Source: an uncultured delta proteobacterium (lineage in GTDB: Bacteria; Desulfobacterota; Zymogenia; Zymogenales; Zymogenaceae). From it: DNA of 51,422 nucleotides. Positions 28,994 through 39,486 of the stretch are shown in pieces. How positions within the stretch are numbered: the first letter of the stretch is position 1; each line of letters starts with the position of its first letter. Under the pieces are notes generated by a model, which saw only the letters and a program-made list of their open reading frames with translations, ran no database searches and was not told the origin of the DNA. The position numbers and the translations under genes are program-made. Location of the stretch: the NCBI GenBank assembly GCA_963792965.1, contig CAWBYW010000038.1, forward strand, positions 1 through 51,422, given 5' to 3'.

Positions 28994-29857
28994 ATGATTA
29001 TCGACGTCTGTGTTACCCCTCCCGTGTCGGAAGTCCTCTCAGGTTATACGAATGTCCCCCCTCACCTTGCCGGTTACCGGCGCCTTTTCCATGGAAGCGA
29101 AGAAGCGCTCAGCATGCTCGGAAAACTATCGATTGACGATTTCTTCCACCTGATGGAAGCGGCCGGAATCGGGATCTGTGTCCTTCAGGGTGAGGACATG
29201 GAGAGCACATACGGCCGTAAGATCCCCAACGAGCTGGTGGCCGACCTCGTTCAGAGATATCCCGAGCGGTTCCGGGGTTTTATCGGGGTCGATCCCCACA
29301 AGGGGAGGAAGGCCACGAAAGAGATCGACCGGATGGTGAAGGAGGGGCTCACCGGGGTCATGATAGCCCCGTGGGAGCACAACCTCTTCACCGACGACAA
29401 ACGCTACTTTCCCATCTACGAGAAATGCATCCAGCATGACATCCCCATCTGGATACATACGTCCCTCAACTTCTCTCACGTCATCCCGATGGAATACGGC
29501 AGACCCTTGGTCCTCGACAGAGTGGCGGTGAGGTACGGAGATCTCAAGATCATCGCCGGGCACGCCGGCTGGCCTTGGGTCAACGAGATGATGGCGGTCC
29601 TCTGGCGGCACGCCAACGTCTACGCCGACATCTCCGGCATCCGTCCCAAATACATGGGTATGAGTAACACGGGCTGGGAGACGCTCATCCACTACGGCAA
29701 CAGTGTCTTGGCCGACAAGATCCTGTTTGCCACCGCCTGGCCGCTGGTAATGTTCGACGTGGCGGTAAACGACGTGAACGGGCTTCCCCTCAAGCCTGAG
29801 GTCAGGGAGCAGTGGTTATATAAGAACGCCGCGCGTCTCCTCAAGATCGACGTCTGA
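28994..29857 (+). CDS. Amidohydrolase_2-family protein
   Basis: NELVADLV..YPERF.GF..VDP, D..YFPIYEKC..DIPIWIH, LKIIAGHAGWPW, NVYADISG, DKILFAT.WP, NAARLL. Confidence 0.88.
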   Translation: MIIDVCVTPPVSEVLSGYTNVPPHLAGYRRLFHGSEEALSMLGKLSIDDFFHLMEAAGIGICVLQGEDMESTYGRKIPNELVADLVQRYPERFRGFIGVDPHKGRKATKEIDRMVKEGLTGVMIAPWEHNLFTDDKRYFPIYEKCIQHDIPIWIHTSLNFSHVIPMEYGRPLVLDRVAVRYGDLKIIAGHAGWPWVNEMMAVLWRHANVYADISGIRPKYMGMSNTGWETLIHYGNSVLADKILFATAWPLVMFDVAVNDVNGLPLKPEVREQWLYKNAARLLKIDV

Positions 29858-30018
29858 GGGTGCGCAAGAGGGGCCGATCACCTTCTGCGTAAACGGACTC
29901 CTACCGGCAGAAAGGGAGACCGGACATCCCGTGGCTATCGGCCGATAGTGGGTTTTCGGTTGGGTCTGTGTGGACCTGATATCATTCTACCCTATCTTAC
30001 TTATTCAGGGAGGCAATC

Positions 30019-31398
30019 ATGGCTCAGAAGAAAGGGACTCTCGTGAGGGGGCTGACGGTCGTCACGATCTTTACCCTCATCACCGGGGCGATGGTGGGGA
30101 TGGCGTGGGCGACCCTCACTAACACGCTGTTTGCCTACGCCGGCCCCGCGGTGCTATTGTCGGCGATCATCGCCGCCTTTTTCTGTATCCTTATCGGCCT
30201 CTGCTACGCGGAGCTCTGCGCCGCGATGCCGCTGGCGGGAGGCGAATACTACTACACCAAACGCTCGATGGGGAACTTCGCCAGCTTCCTCACCGGCTGG
30301 TTTCTGATCATTGCCTACTCCTCCATGATGCCGGGTGAGGTCATCATCTTCTCAAAGGTGGCAAGCACGCTTATGCCGAAGTCGTGGCTCGCCCTGAGCT
30401 ATACGCTTGGCGGTTACAGCTTTCCCCCGGTGGCCATGATCGTCGTCGGAGTAATCGCGGCTGCCTTCTTCGGCGTGATCAACTACCTCGGCATCAGGCT
30501 GTCCGCCATCATCCAGCTGGTCTTCACGATCCTCCTCTTTGTGGGGATGGCGATCTACATCTTCGGCAGCCTGCCCCAGGTTGAGATCTCGCGCATTACG
30601 GGGCCCTTTTTCGAGAAGGGGATCGGCGGAATGCTCATGATGGTGCCGATCGCGATACTCGCCTTCATGGGGTTTGACATCGTCACCAAGGCCGCCGAGG
30701 AGATCAAGAGCCCCATCGAGAAGGTCGTCTGGCTCATCCCTCTCTCAGTCGTCTTCGTTCTCCTCTTCTACTTCGGGGTCTTCTTCGTCTCGGCGGGCGT
30801 CGTTCCCTACACCGAGATCGCCGAGAGCAAGCTCCAGGTCCCCATCGAGATCGTCGCCACCAAGACGCTTGGCGGCGCGGGATTTTACATTGTTATCATT
30901 GCAGGCCTCATGGGGCTCATCACGACCCTCAACGGCTTTCTCATCGGTTCGTCACGCCTCATGTACGGAATGTCCAAAGACGGTGTTTTGCCCAAGGCGT
31001 TTGCCTACATCCATCCCAAGTTCGGGACACCGTCCTTCGGAATCGTCGTGCTCACCATAGTCGGCATCCTCGGCGCATTCTTCCAGTTTCTCTTCACCCT
31101 CTTTGCGGTGGCGTCGGCGGCAATACTCTTGGCCTATATCCTCGTCTGCATCTCGCTCTTGATCCTCAGGAAGAAGGAGCCGAAGATGAAGCGCCCCTTC
31201 AAGCTCAGGATGCCCAAGACGGTCGCGGCGCTGGCGATCTTCGGGGCGGTGCTGGCGTTCCTCTTCTCGATCTATATCATCGTCAGTGAACCTGAGACCA
31301 GGGTGGTGGGCTCCGGCCTCTTCTTCGGCCTCACGATCGTCGGGCTGATCTACTACTTCGCCGTTGTGCGCAGGCGGGGCATCAGCGCCAAGGCGTAG
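30019..31398 (+). CDS. APC-family amino-acid/polyamine permease
   Basis: About 12 TM; LCYAEL..AMPLAGGEY, AF.GFD..AAEE, SSRLMYGMSKDG.LP..HPKFGTP, RPFK. Confidence 0.92.
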   Translation: MAQKKGTLVRGLTVVTIFTLITGAMVGMAWATLTNTLFAYAGPAVLLSAIIAAFFCILIGLCYAELCAAMPLAGGEYYYTKRSMGNFASFLTGWFLIIAYSSMMPGEVIIFSKVASTLMPKSWLALSYTLGGYSFPPVAMIVVGVIAAAFFGVINYLGIRLSAIIQLVFTILLFVGMAIYIFGSLPQVEISRITGPFFEKGIGGMLMMVPIAILAFMGFDIVTKAAEEIKSPIEKVVWLIPLSVVFVLLFYFGVFFVSAGVVPYTEIAESKLQVPIEIVATKTLGGAGFYIVIIAGLMGLITTLNGFLIGSSRLMYGMSKDGVLPKAFAYIHPKFGTPSFGIVVLTIVGILGAFFQFLFTLFAVASAAILLAYILVCISLLILRKKEPKMKRPFKLRMPKTVAALAIFGAVLAFLFSIYIIVSEPETRVVGSGLFFGLTIVGLIYYFAVVRRRGISAKA

Positions 31399-31445
31399 GC
31401 CGACTGGCAGGTCTGTCGGCGATTTCTTTGACACAGGAGAATCGT

Positions 31446-32786
31446 ATGGCCCAGCGGAAATACTGGAACGAAGAGATGGAGACGATGGCCCCCGATCGAC
31501 TGAAGAAGATCGAGGAGAAGCTCCTCACCGACGAGCTCGCCTATATCCATGAGCGATCACCCTTCTATCGGGAGAAGTGGGAGGTGGCGAAGGTCGGCCC
31601 CAAGGACTTCCGAACGATGGAAGACCTGGTCCGATTCCCTTTTACCACGAAGGATGACCTGAGAAAGACTCAGGAAAAGATCGGTGGTTTGGGCGGACAC
31701 CAATGCTGCAAAAAAGAGGACCTCGTCAGGATCCAGGGGACGAGCGGGACCACGGGACGGCCCCTCTACATCGGGCTCACGGCGTCGGACGCCGACCTCT
31801 GGAAGGAGTTATTCGCCCGCCACGCCTGGACCGGTGGGATCAGGTCAGGGGATTCGTTCATCAACCCGGCCAACTTCACCCTCTTCGTGGGGGGGCTTTC
31901 CGAATCGATCTCGGCCGAGGCGATGGGTTTTTGCGTCATCCCGGCGCCCCTCGGAACGGCGGGACTGGAAAAGCTCTTCGATCTGATCTTCGAGTTCAAG
32001 CCGACGGTCCTGTTCGCCACCCCCTCGGCCACGGTCTTTCTGGGAGATTACGTGAAGAACACCCTGAAGAAGCACCCCCGTGACCTTGGCTTTAAGAAGG
32101 GCTTCATGGCGGGAGAAGCACTGCCGGAGAAGGATCGCGCCACCATCGAGGATACCTGGGGGATCGTTGCTAAGAACTATTACGGCCTGGCCGACGTTGC
32201 GGCGGACCTTGCCAGCGAGTGCGACTATAACTGCGGGTTGCACCTGTGCGGCGCGGGCGCGGTAACGGCCGAAATCATAGACCCGATTACCCTTGCACCG
32301 AAGGCGCTGGAAGAAGGAGTGGAAGGTGAGATCGTCTATACCACGATCAGGCGCCAGGCAACGCCGGTGATCCGCTACCGCTGCCGGGACATGGTCCGGG
32401 CGCACTTCGAGAAGTGTCGGTGCGGAAGAACCTCCATGCGTTTTCATATCATCGGCCGCTCCGACGACATGCTCAAGGTCAAGGGAGTGAACGTCTTTCC
32501 GTCGGCGGTCAAGGACGTTATCTCTTCCTTCGTCCCCCGGACGACCGGCGAGATGCGGATCGTCCTTTACGAGCCGGGGCCTGCCATCGGCACCAACCTC
32601 GAGATCAAGGTAGAATACGGCGAGGGGGTAAAGGAGGGTGAGCTTGAGGCGCTGGCAAGCGAGATCAAAGAGACGATCAAAAAGAAGCTCGTCTTCACGC
32701 CGGTGATAAAGATGATCGGACCGCAGACGTTGCCGCGGTCCCAGTATAAGATCGAATATTTTGAGAAGGCGTACGAAAAAAAGTGA
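31446..32786 (+). CDS. Phenylacetate-CoA ligase (PaaK)-family adenylate-forming enzyme
   Basis: FPFTTKDDLR, TSGTTGRP, YGLAD, P.IRYRCRD, GRSDDMLKVKGVNVFPS. Confidence 0.9.
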   Translation: MAQRKYWNEEMETMAPDRLKKIEEKLLTDELAYIHERSPFYREKWEVAKVGPKDFRTMEDLVRFPFTTKDDLRKTQEKIGGLGGHQCCKKEDLVRIQGTSGTTGRPLYIGLTASDADLWKELFARHAWTGGIRSGDSFINPANFTLFVGGLSESISAEAMGFCVIPAPLGTAGLEKLFDLIFEFKPTVLFATPSATVFLGDYVKNTLKKHPRDLGFKKGFMAGEALPEKDRATIEDTWGIVAKNYYGLADVAADLASECDYNCGLHLCGAGAVTAEIIDPITLAPKALEEGVEGEIVYTTIRRQATPVIRYRCRDMVRAHFEKCRCGRTSMRFHIIGRSDDMLKVKGVNVFPSAVKDVISSFVPRTTGEMRIVLYEPGPAIGTNLEIKVEYGEGVKEGELEALASEIKETIKKKLVFTPVIKMIGPQTLPRSQYKIEYFEKAYEKK

Positions 32787-32845
32787 GAACCTTCGCCGAA
32801 ACGAGGAGTTTCATGCCCGCCGCTTCGGCAAGAGATGAATGCAGA

Positions 32846-32874
32846 CCAAAAAGGGGCTCAATGCCCCTTTTTGG
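32846..32874. terminator. Bidirectional intrinsic terminator
   Basis: CCAAAAAGGGGC-TCAAT-GCCCCTTTTTGG. Confidence 0.8.
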
Positions 32875-32875
32875 C

Positions 32876-33097
32876 TCATGATCTGTAGTACCCCTTCAAT
32901 CTCCACGAGTCGTCCTGTTTATCGTGACCAAGGAGGTAGATGCCGCCGTCCTCGGCCTTTACCTTGAAGATGTCTTCGTGGGGGTTGTAGTAGCGGTCGA
33001 TGATCTCGCGTACCTTAAGCTCCGTCTTGCCCAGGAAGAAGCTCGTGGGCCGCTCATCGGCCTTATAGCCGCTGTATGTCTTCACCTGGATTTTCAC
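32876..33097 (-). CDS. Small hypothetical protein (YSGYKADERP motif)
   Basis: KIQVKTYSGYKADERPTSF..EIIDRYY..FKVKAEDG.IY.L..D.W; GTG start inferred. Confidence 0.7.
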   Translation of the reverse strand: MKIQVKTYSGYKADERPTSFFLGKTELKVREIIDRYYNPHEDIFKVKAEDGGIYLLGHDKQDDSWRLKGYYRS

Positions 33098-33269
33098 GCG
33101 CACCCGCCCGCCCAGGAGTGTCCTGTCAATAAAAATACTTGATTTCACAATCAGTATACTATAGCCTGTGACTAAAGGGAAGGTCGTATAGTGTGTACGC
33201 GCGCCCCCGCGAGAAACGTTCCGGCGGCACGAGCGGCAGAAAGACAGCCCCTGATCGCAGGAGACACAC

Positions 33270-33887
33270 ATGGTCTTGTTTTTCGAAATCCTGACGTTCA
33301 TCCTCACGGGCTTGCTGGTCTATCACAGCCTCAGGCTCCGCGGGAAGGAGTTTACCCTCCTCTTTTTCGTCACGGGGGCCTGTCTCGGGATTTTGCGGGA
33401 GAACGTCGTCGCACGAGTCAGCGATCTCTACTCCTATAACCCGGACGTCTTTGTCCTTTGGGTGGGGGCTGCGCCGGCCATCCTCATGGTCTTCTGGTCG
33501 TTTTCGATCTACATTTCCATGACCCTTTCCGAGCGTCTCGTGCACGGAGACTTCCCGACGGGAAAAAGAGTCATCGGCATTATCCTGGTCTCGATGCTCT
33601 TCATGGGGGGGTTTGCCGTGTCCAACGAGGCGATGGCCTCGATCTTTCCTATGGTGCTCTGGAAGTTTCGGCCGGATGTCGTTATCCCGGGCGGGGCCCC
33701 CCTTATGGTCGTCTTCGGCTACGCGGGACTTGCCGTCATAATGCTTGCGGGCATCTCGATCATTCATCGGAGAAGCTGGAAGATGTGGGTGAAGATCGTT
33801 GCAGGCGCCCTGAGCACGTTGATCATGATCCCGCTTCACCTTGCCTGGATTGCAGTGGTGCGGGCGGCCATCACCTTGTTTGTCTGA
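33270..33887 (+). CDS. Integral membrane protein, possibly CruF/DUF422-like
   Basis: RBS AGGAG; six hydrophobic segments with two internal E..(Y/W)..G.P repeats; family assignment tentative. Confidence 0.6.
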   Translation: MVLFFEILTFILTGLLVYHSLRLRGKEFTLLFFVTGACLGILRENVVARVSDLYSYNPDVFVLWVGAAPAILMVFWSFSIYISMTLSERLVHGDFPTGKRVIGIILVSMLFMGGFAVSNEAMASIFPMVLWKFRPDVVIPGGAPLMVVFGYAGLAVIMLAGISIIHRRSWKMWVKIVAGALSTLIMIPLHLAWIAVVRAAITLFV

Positions 33888-33918
33888 TACATCTTATCGA
33901 TTAATGGAGGCGTCCACA

Positions 33919-34962
33919 ATGCCCCGATTCGTCACCATGGGCGAGCTCCTTGTCGACTTCCTCTCTTCCCAGGGAGGTACGGCTCGATGGCTTCCGAGCC
34001 TGAAGAAGGGAGGAGAATCCGTACCGGAGGGAGACCGGGTTATTCCCGCCTTTGTCCCGGCCCCCGGGGGCGCTCCGGCGAATGTTGCCGTGGGACTTGC
34101 GCTCCTGGGCGCCGACGCAGGGTTCATCGGGAAGGTCGGGGACGACCCGTTCGGGAGGGGACTGGCGGACGTCCTGGCCCACGCCGGGGTCGACACGAGA
34201 GCCGTCACCTTTTCTCGCGAGGCCCGCACGATGCTTGCCTTTGTGACCCGGACGGATGCGGGGGAGAGGGACTTCGTCTTCTTTCGACACCCGTCGGCCG
34301 ACATGCTCATCACCGAAAACGACGTCCCCGAGGGGTACCTTACGGGCGCCTCGTTTTTCCACTTCGGCTCCATCAGCCTGATCTCGGACCCCGCGCGGTC
34401 GACCACCCTCTCCCTGATCGAGAGGGCACACGCCCAGGGGGCGTTGATCTCGTTTGACCCGAACGTGCGCCTCCCCCTCTGGCCGAACGAGGCCGCCGCG
34501 CGGCGCGAGATCCTCTCGGTCATCCCCCAGGTCGACATCCTCAAACTCTCCGGGGAGGAAGCGACTTTCCTCACCGGAGAAAAGCATCCGAAGGCCGCGG
34601 CGGTCTCCCTCATGGCGATGGGGCCGAGGCTCCTTGCCGTAACCCTCGGGGCCGGCGGCTCGCTTGCCGTCTCACGACGCTACGCGGTGGAGGTCGACGG
34701 CTTCGGCGTGGAGGTTGTCGACACGACAGGTGCCGGGGACGCCTTTTGCGCGGCGATGCTGGCCAAGACGGCCGAGGCCGAGGCCCATGACCCGTCGGAC
34801 CTCTCCGACCTTGACCTTATTGGAATATTCCGGTTTGCCAACGCCGCGGGGGCGATTACCGTCACGCGGCAGGGCGCCATACCGGCGCTTCCGACGAAGG
34901 AAGAGGTGGAACAGCTGCTCAGGAAAGACCGTTCAAAGAGATCGCCGCGCACGCTCCATTAG
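33919..34962 (+). CDS. PfkB-family carbohydrate kinase (fructokinase-like)
   Basis: GELLVDF, PGGAPANVA, GKVGDDPFG, PSADM, FDPNVRLPLW, VDTTGAGDAF, GAIPALP. Confidence 0.93.
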   Translation: MPRFVTMGELLVDFLSSQGGTARWLPSLKKGGESVPEGDRVIPAFVPAPGGAPANVAVGLALLGADAGFIGKVGDDPFGRGLADVLAHAGVDTRAVTFSREARTMLAFVTRTDAGERDFVFFRHPSADMLITENDVPEGYLTGASFFHFGSISLISDPARSTTLSLIERAHAQGALISFDPNVRLPLWPNEAAARREILSVIPQVDILKLSGEEATFLTGEKHPKAAAVSLMAMGPRLLAVTLGAGGSLAVSRRYAVEVDGFGVEVVDTTGAGDAFCAAMLAKTAEAEAHDPSDLSDLDLIGIFRFANAAGAITVTRQGAIPALPTKEEVEQLLRKDRSKRSPRTLH

Positions 34963-35201
34963 CCGACCAGCGGGCCCGCACGGTCCGAAACCGTCACTTC
35001 AGCACGACGTATCCAATAAAACCGAGACGCCCCTCATCGGGCGACAAAGATGAGCTTTTGTCCCGATAACGGGTGTGAGGTTTTCCTTTCCGTGGGGTTT
35101 TAATGGGGACATTTCGGAGAAAGAGTAGAGTCTCTACGGGCGCTCTCTTTTCCCTGCAGGACACGGTCTATCAAAATGCACGGGCGGCTTGTCCGGTTGC
35201 T

Positions 35202-37199
35202 TTAGACCCGTACCGGCATGATGACGACAGGTATCCCCTCCCGGTAGAGTGCGCGCTGGACGGCGAAGACCGTATAGTTGTGCAAGAGCCGCGTGACGAA
35301 GGTCTCCCTGGGAAAGACAAGCTGGCCGCCGAAGAAGACGGCGTTCGGGAATCGCTCCATTACCCGGGGCGTAATCTTCTCAACCTCCTCGACGACGTCC
35401 ACCCCTATGGCCGTGAATCCCTCGGCGTGAAATCCATGCCGGTTCATGTACTCGATGTACTTAGCGACATCGGTCTCGATGTAGTCCTTCAGGTGCTGCA
35501 TCTCCTCGGTCCCCTTGAAGTTACCGGCGTCGAGCGTCCCGATCTGGATGAAGACGAAGTTCTTGAAGGTATCCTTGAAGAGCCTGATGACGGTAAAGAG
35601 GGTATGCAGGCCCAGTCCGTTGAAACCATTGACCATGATGACGGCGGTCTTGGCCGAGAAGTCGACGATGTGCGGCTCCTTTTTCTCCCGTCTTTATCGA
35701 GGTATGCGGAGGTGGAGGCCTGCGCCGCATCAACCAGGCCGTCGAGCCTCTTGAGGAGCTGGGCCGTCCCGCGGTAGTGTCGTTTGATCAAAAGAACCAG
35801 CGTCACGAGGGAGCCGGTCACGAGCAGGGTGATCCACCCGCCTTCGTAGAACTTAAGGACGGTGACGGATATCAGGATAAAGACGGTCATGGTAAGGCCC
35901 ACGACGTTTATCGCCAGCGGCTTTTTCCACGCGACATCTTTGTCCCTGGAGCTCCACCAGTGACGCAACATCCCGAGCTGGGAGAGGGAGAAGGTGATGA
36001 AGACGTTGATGGAATAAAGGACGACTAATAAATGAACCGAGCCGCTCGAGAGGATCAGCGTCGCCAGGGCCGCGCCGCCCATGATGATGACCCATTCTGG
36101 ATAACGAAGCGGTCCGAGAGAGACCCAAATTTCGTCGGGACCCAGCGGTCAAACGCCATGTTGGCCAGGACCCTCGGCCCCCCGAAGAAACCGGTCTGGG
36201 CCGCCACAAAGAGAAGCGCGGCCTCGGAGAAGAGGGTGATAGAGACGAACCACCGTCCCATTCCCCCCCAGCTTGACGTCATCCGCTCCAGGAGAACGGC
36301 GTTGAGGGTCTTGCCGTATTGGGGGGTGACCCGGTAGAGGATATAGGCGAAGACGAGGCCCAGGACGAGGAGCGCCAGCGACGCGGTCATATAGCCGCAT
36401 GGTGCGCTTGGCCGTCTCCACCTTCGGGTCTCTCAGGATTGGCAGGCCGTTGGAGACCGCCTCGATGCCGGTGTAGGTGCCGGCGCCCATTGAATATGAA
36501 CGCATGATCAAAAGAAAGATACCCACGAGGCCGATTTGGATGATACCGTCCGGATGTCGGAAGCGGTGCTCCTGGAAAACTCCCTGGTACTCCGTCACGT
36601 GGGTAAACGGGGCATAGAGTATAACGAAGGCATGGGTAAATATAAAGATGAGAAATATCGGGACGAGCGGCGCGACCGACTCCTTCACCCCCCGGAGATT
36701 GAGGACCGTCAGGAAAATCATTCCTCCGACCGCGAAGCCGAGCTTGTAGGGGAGAAGGTTATGAGGGAGGAAGGAAAAAAGGGCGTCCGCCCCGCTGGCG
36801 ACCGATAGTGAGATGGTCAGCACGTAGTCGACCAGCAGCGCCGCGCCCGAGAGCATCCCCCAGCCCGGGCGAGAGAAGCTTGGAGGCGACGAGGTATCCG
36901 CCGCCGCCGGTCGGGAAAAGCTCGATGACCTGAAAGTAGCTGGCGGCGATTACGAAAATCGTTACGACGGTGATAAGGGCGACGAAGATGCCGAGATAGT
37001 AGTGCTGGCCGAGGACAAGGAAGGCCTCCTCCGGGCCGTAGCAGGAGGAGGAGAGGCCGTCCGCGCCGAGGCCGATCCAGGCGAAAAAGGCGATCAGAGA
37101 CAGCTTATGGAAAAGCCGTTTATCCTCAGGGTTCCGGGCGTCCCCGATGATGAGGGTCTTGGCCCGCCTGGCGAGGCCCGGTTTGGGTTGTTCGCTCAT
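35202..37199 (-). CDS. APC-superfamily KimA/YdaO-like transporter, putative K+ uptake (at least 4 frameshifts)
   Basis: Pieces in five ORFs: GADGLSSSCYGPEE, GGGGYLVAS, LLVDYVLTI, NLRGVKES, YTGIEAVSNG, AAQTGF..PRV, LYSINVF..F.LSQ.GM, KF.EGGW, LLHN.T. Confidence 0.8.
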
Positions 37200-37333
37200 A
37201 TATCCTTTCTGATAAACCCCGATAGCATGTATCCCATTAGGTGAATCCGCTTTTTATCGGGGACGTTCATACAAAAAGTACGATATCCCCATCAGGTTCA
37301 CGTAATGGGATGGAACAATAGTACCACAGACAG

Positions 37334-38754
37334 CTAAAAAAACAACCCTTTTCTGGCGTGTCCACGGGAGAAATCGACGCTGTGGCGGCATACCAGATGG
37401 GTAGGGGAGGTGCGCATCTCACAGAACTCGCATAAGGCCCCGGAAGCCGGCACCGTACGCCCACCGAACAGGGGCAATCGAGAGGATCCGGCGCAAGTGC
37501 ACGAGGAAGGGGGAAGTAGCGTCTGATTCCGGGGGTAGGAGCTTTTGGTCGGCTCCCCGATGAAAAAGCGCCGACGAAAGAGGCTCTTGGTAAACGAGGC
37601 GGTGATGAGGGCGATGATGTCCCAGGCACGCTCGCGCTGGCGCGTGAGGTCGGCGTACTCATAGGCGTCCATCGCCATGGTGACCGGCTCGACGAGGTGG
37701 TAAACGGCCAGGGGGCTCTGCGTCAGCTCCCGGGCCGACCAGAGGAGGTAGAGACATCCCGTGCAGTAGGTGACCAAGCCGTCGGCACCGGCTTCTTCGG
37801 CCTCTTTGAGCTTTCTGGCTGCCCCCTTCATGATGGCGAAAGGGATCGTGTGTTTGGGGATGTCGGCCGCGCCGCGCCCGAATCCACAACAGAGCGAGCT
37901 GTCGCGATTGTGCGCAGGCTCCACGATCCGTGCCCCGGTCGAAGAAAGGATCTCCCGTGCGGCGTCATAGAGGCGAGCCCCCTCGGCCTTGGCGTAGCAG
38001 TTATCGTGGACGGCAAGGGTGAGGTCGACCCGTTTCTTGAGAGGGATCTCGTTCTTTCTGATCGATTCGAGGAGCCAGTAGGTAAACGACTCGAAGCGCG
38101 GAGAAAGCTCGACCCCGAAGTGCCCGGGCAGCAAACGGGAGAGGAGGAGGTATACCGAATCGGTGAGGAGGAAAACCTGACGGTCGGGGAGGGTATCGAA
38201 ATAGTCGCGCACGATTCGGACGATCTTCCCTACCTCCGAAAGATACCCCGCCTGAGTCAGGTACGCGCCGCACTCCCAGTGGCCGATCGGATCAAGGAGC
38301 GTAAAACCATCGAAGAGGGGCGACTCGGTGATATGGGGGAAGAGATGTGCGTAGTTGCCGACGATGAGGGGCCGATTTCCCGGCTCTTTCAGGTTTTCGT
38401 GCCATCGGGAAAAGAGGGCGCGCTCCTCTTTCGATGCCAGCGGCATAAGCCCGTTCCAGATGTTGTCGGTTTGGTTGGGGCAGACGAAGCGATATATCGC
38501 GGGGGCGCCGCGGTCCTTGTAGAGGTCTCCCCACCGCTCGAGGACGAGGAAGTAGGGATCGGCCCCGGTGGACAAAACGTATTACACGAAAAGCACGAAG
38601 AACACCCCGCAAGAACCTCGCGGGCGGCGCTCCCCTCGGTGCCGGCGATAAGCTGGGTTATGGCGCGCTGCGCCGGCCCCTTTTCCATCGATAGCTCGGG
38701 GCATCGTTCAAAGCAGATCCCGCAACGGTCGCAGCGCTCACTATGAAATTTCAT
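37334..38754 (-). CDS. Fe-S oxidoreductase: 4Fe-4S dicluster plus CCG domain (frameshift ~38570; 3' end uncertain)
   Basis: CDRCGIC..CP, CSSCFSC..CP, then GADPY..; HDNC, SLCCGFG, YCTGC. Confidence 0.8.
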
Positions 38755-39284
38755 TTTGTCAATTCTCTGAGCGCTTCCTCGTAGACTTCGAGGTCAACGG
38801 AGCCGAAAAGGACAAAGCGTACCAGCTTGATTTCCTGATGGTCTTTGACGTAATCCATCACCGTTCTCAGCGCAATCCGCGAGGCGTCTCTGACGGGGTA
38901 GCCGTATGCACCGGTGCTGATGGAAGGAAAGGAGACGGAGGCGATCTTCTTCTTGGAGGCCAGCTCGAGGCTCTTACTATAGGCCGAGGATAGGAGCTTC
39001 TCCTCTCCGTGTGTTCCCCCCCGGTAAATCGGGCCGACGGCGTGAATGACGTATTTTGCCTTCAGGTTCCCGCCGGTGGTGATGACCGCGTCGCCGGTGG
39101 GGCACCCGCCGATCTTCCGGCATTCCTCCATGATTTTGGGGCCCCCGGCGGCGTGGATCGCCCCGTCGACTCCTCCCCCGCCCATGAGCCTCGTGTTGGC
39201 GGCGTTTACGATCGCCTCGGTGGTCTCCATGGTGATATCGCCCCGCACCAGGACGATCGTGCTCTTTCCGATCGTTACTTCCAT
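38751..39284 (-). CDS. Macro-domain O-acetyl-ADP-ribose deacetylase (YmdB-like)
   Basis: GDIT, AIVNAAN..GGGGVDGAIH.A.G, HAVGP, FPSISTGAYGYP. Confidence 0.95.
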   Translation of the reverse strand: MEVTIGKSTIVLVRGDITMETTEAIVNAANTRLMGGGGVDGAIHAAGGPKIMEECRKIGGCPTGDAVITTGGNLKAKYVIHAVGPIYRGGTHGEEKLLSSAYSKSLELASKKKIASVSFPSISTGAYGYPVRDASRIALRTVMDYVKDHQEIKLVRFVLFGSVDLEVYEEALRELTK

Positions 39285-39486
39285 AGGTAGTATCCCTTAT
39301 TCACCCGTAAAATATGCACGCTTTTTTATATTTGTGTTAGATTATACGTGATGATGGGAAGGTTGGCAAGCTCCTTTCGGCCGTCTTGTCGGGCGATAAC
39401 TATTTTTTGGCCCAATGCGCTCTCTCATTGACCTGTAAACCGTTATCTGGTACTATCGGAACAAAGCCATTACCAGGAGAGGCGAC

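Noticed and set aside
29858-30018. TPP or other riboswitch before the APC permease (ACCTGAT present)
   Set aside because: The CTGAGA segment and other TPP core elements are missing
33960-34045. Short insertion near the PfkB N-terminus
   Set aside because: Probably a variable loop; catalytic motifs are intact and there is no intein signature
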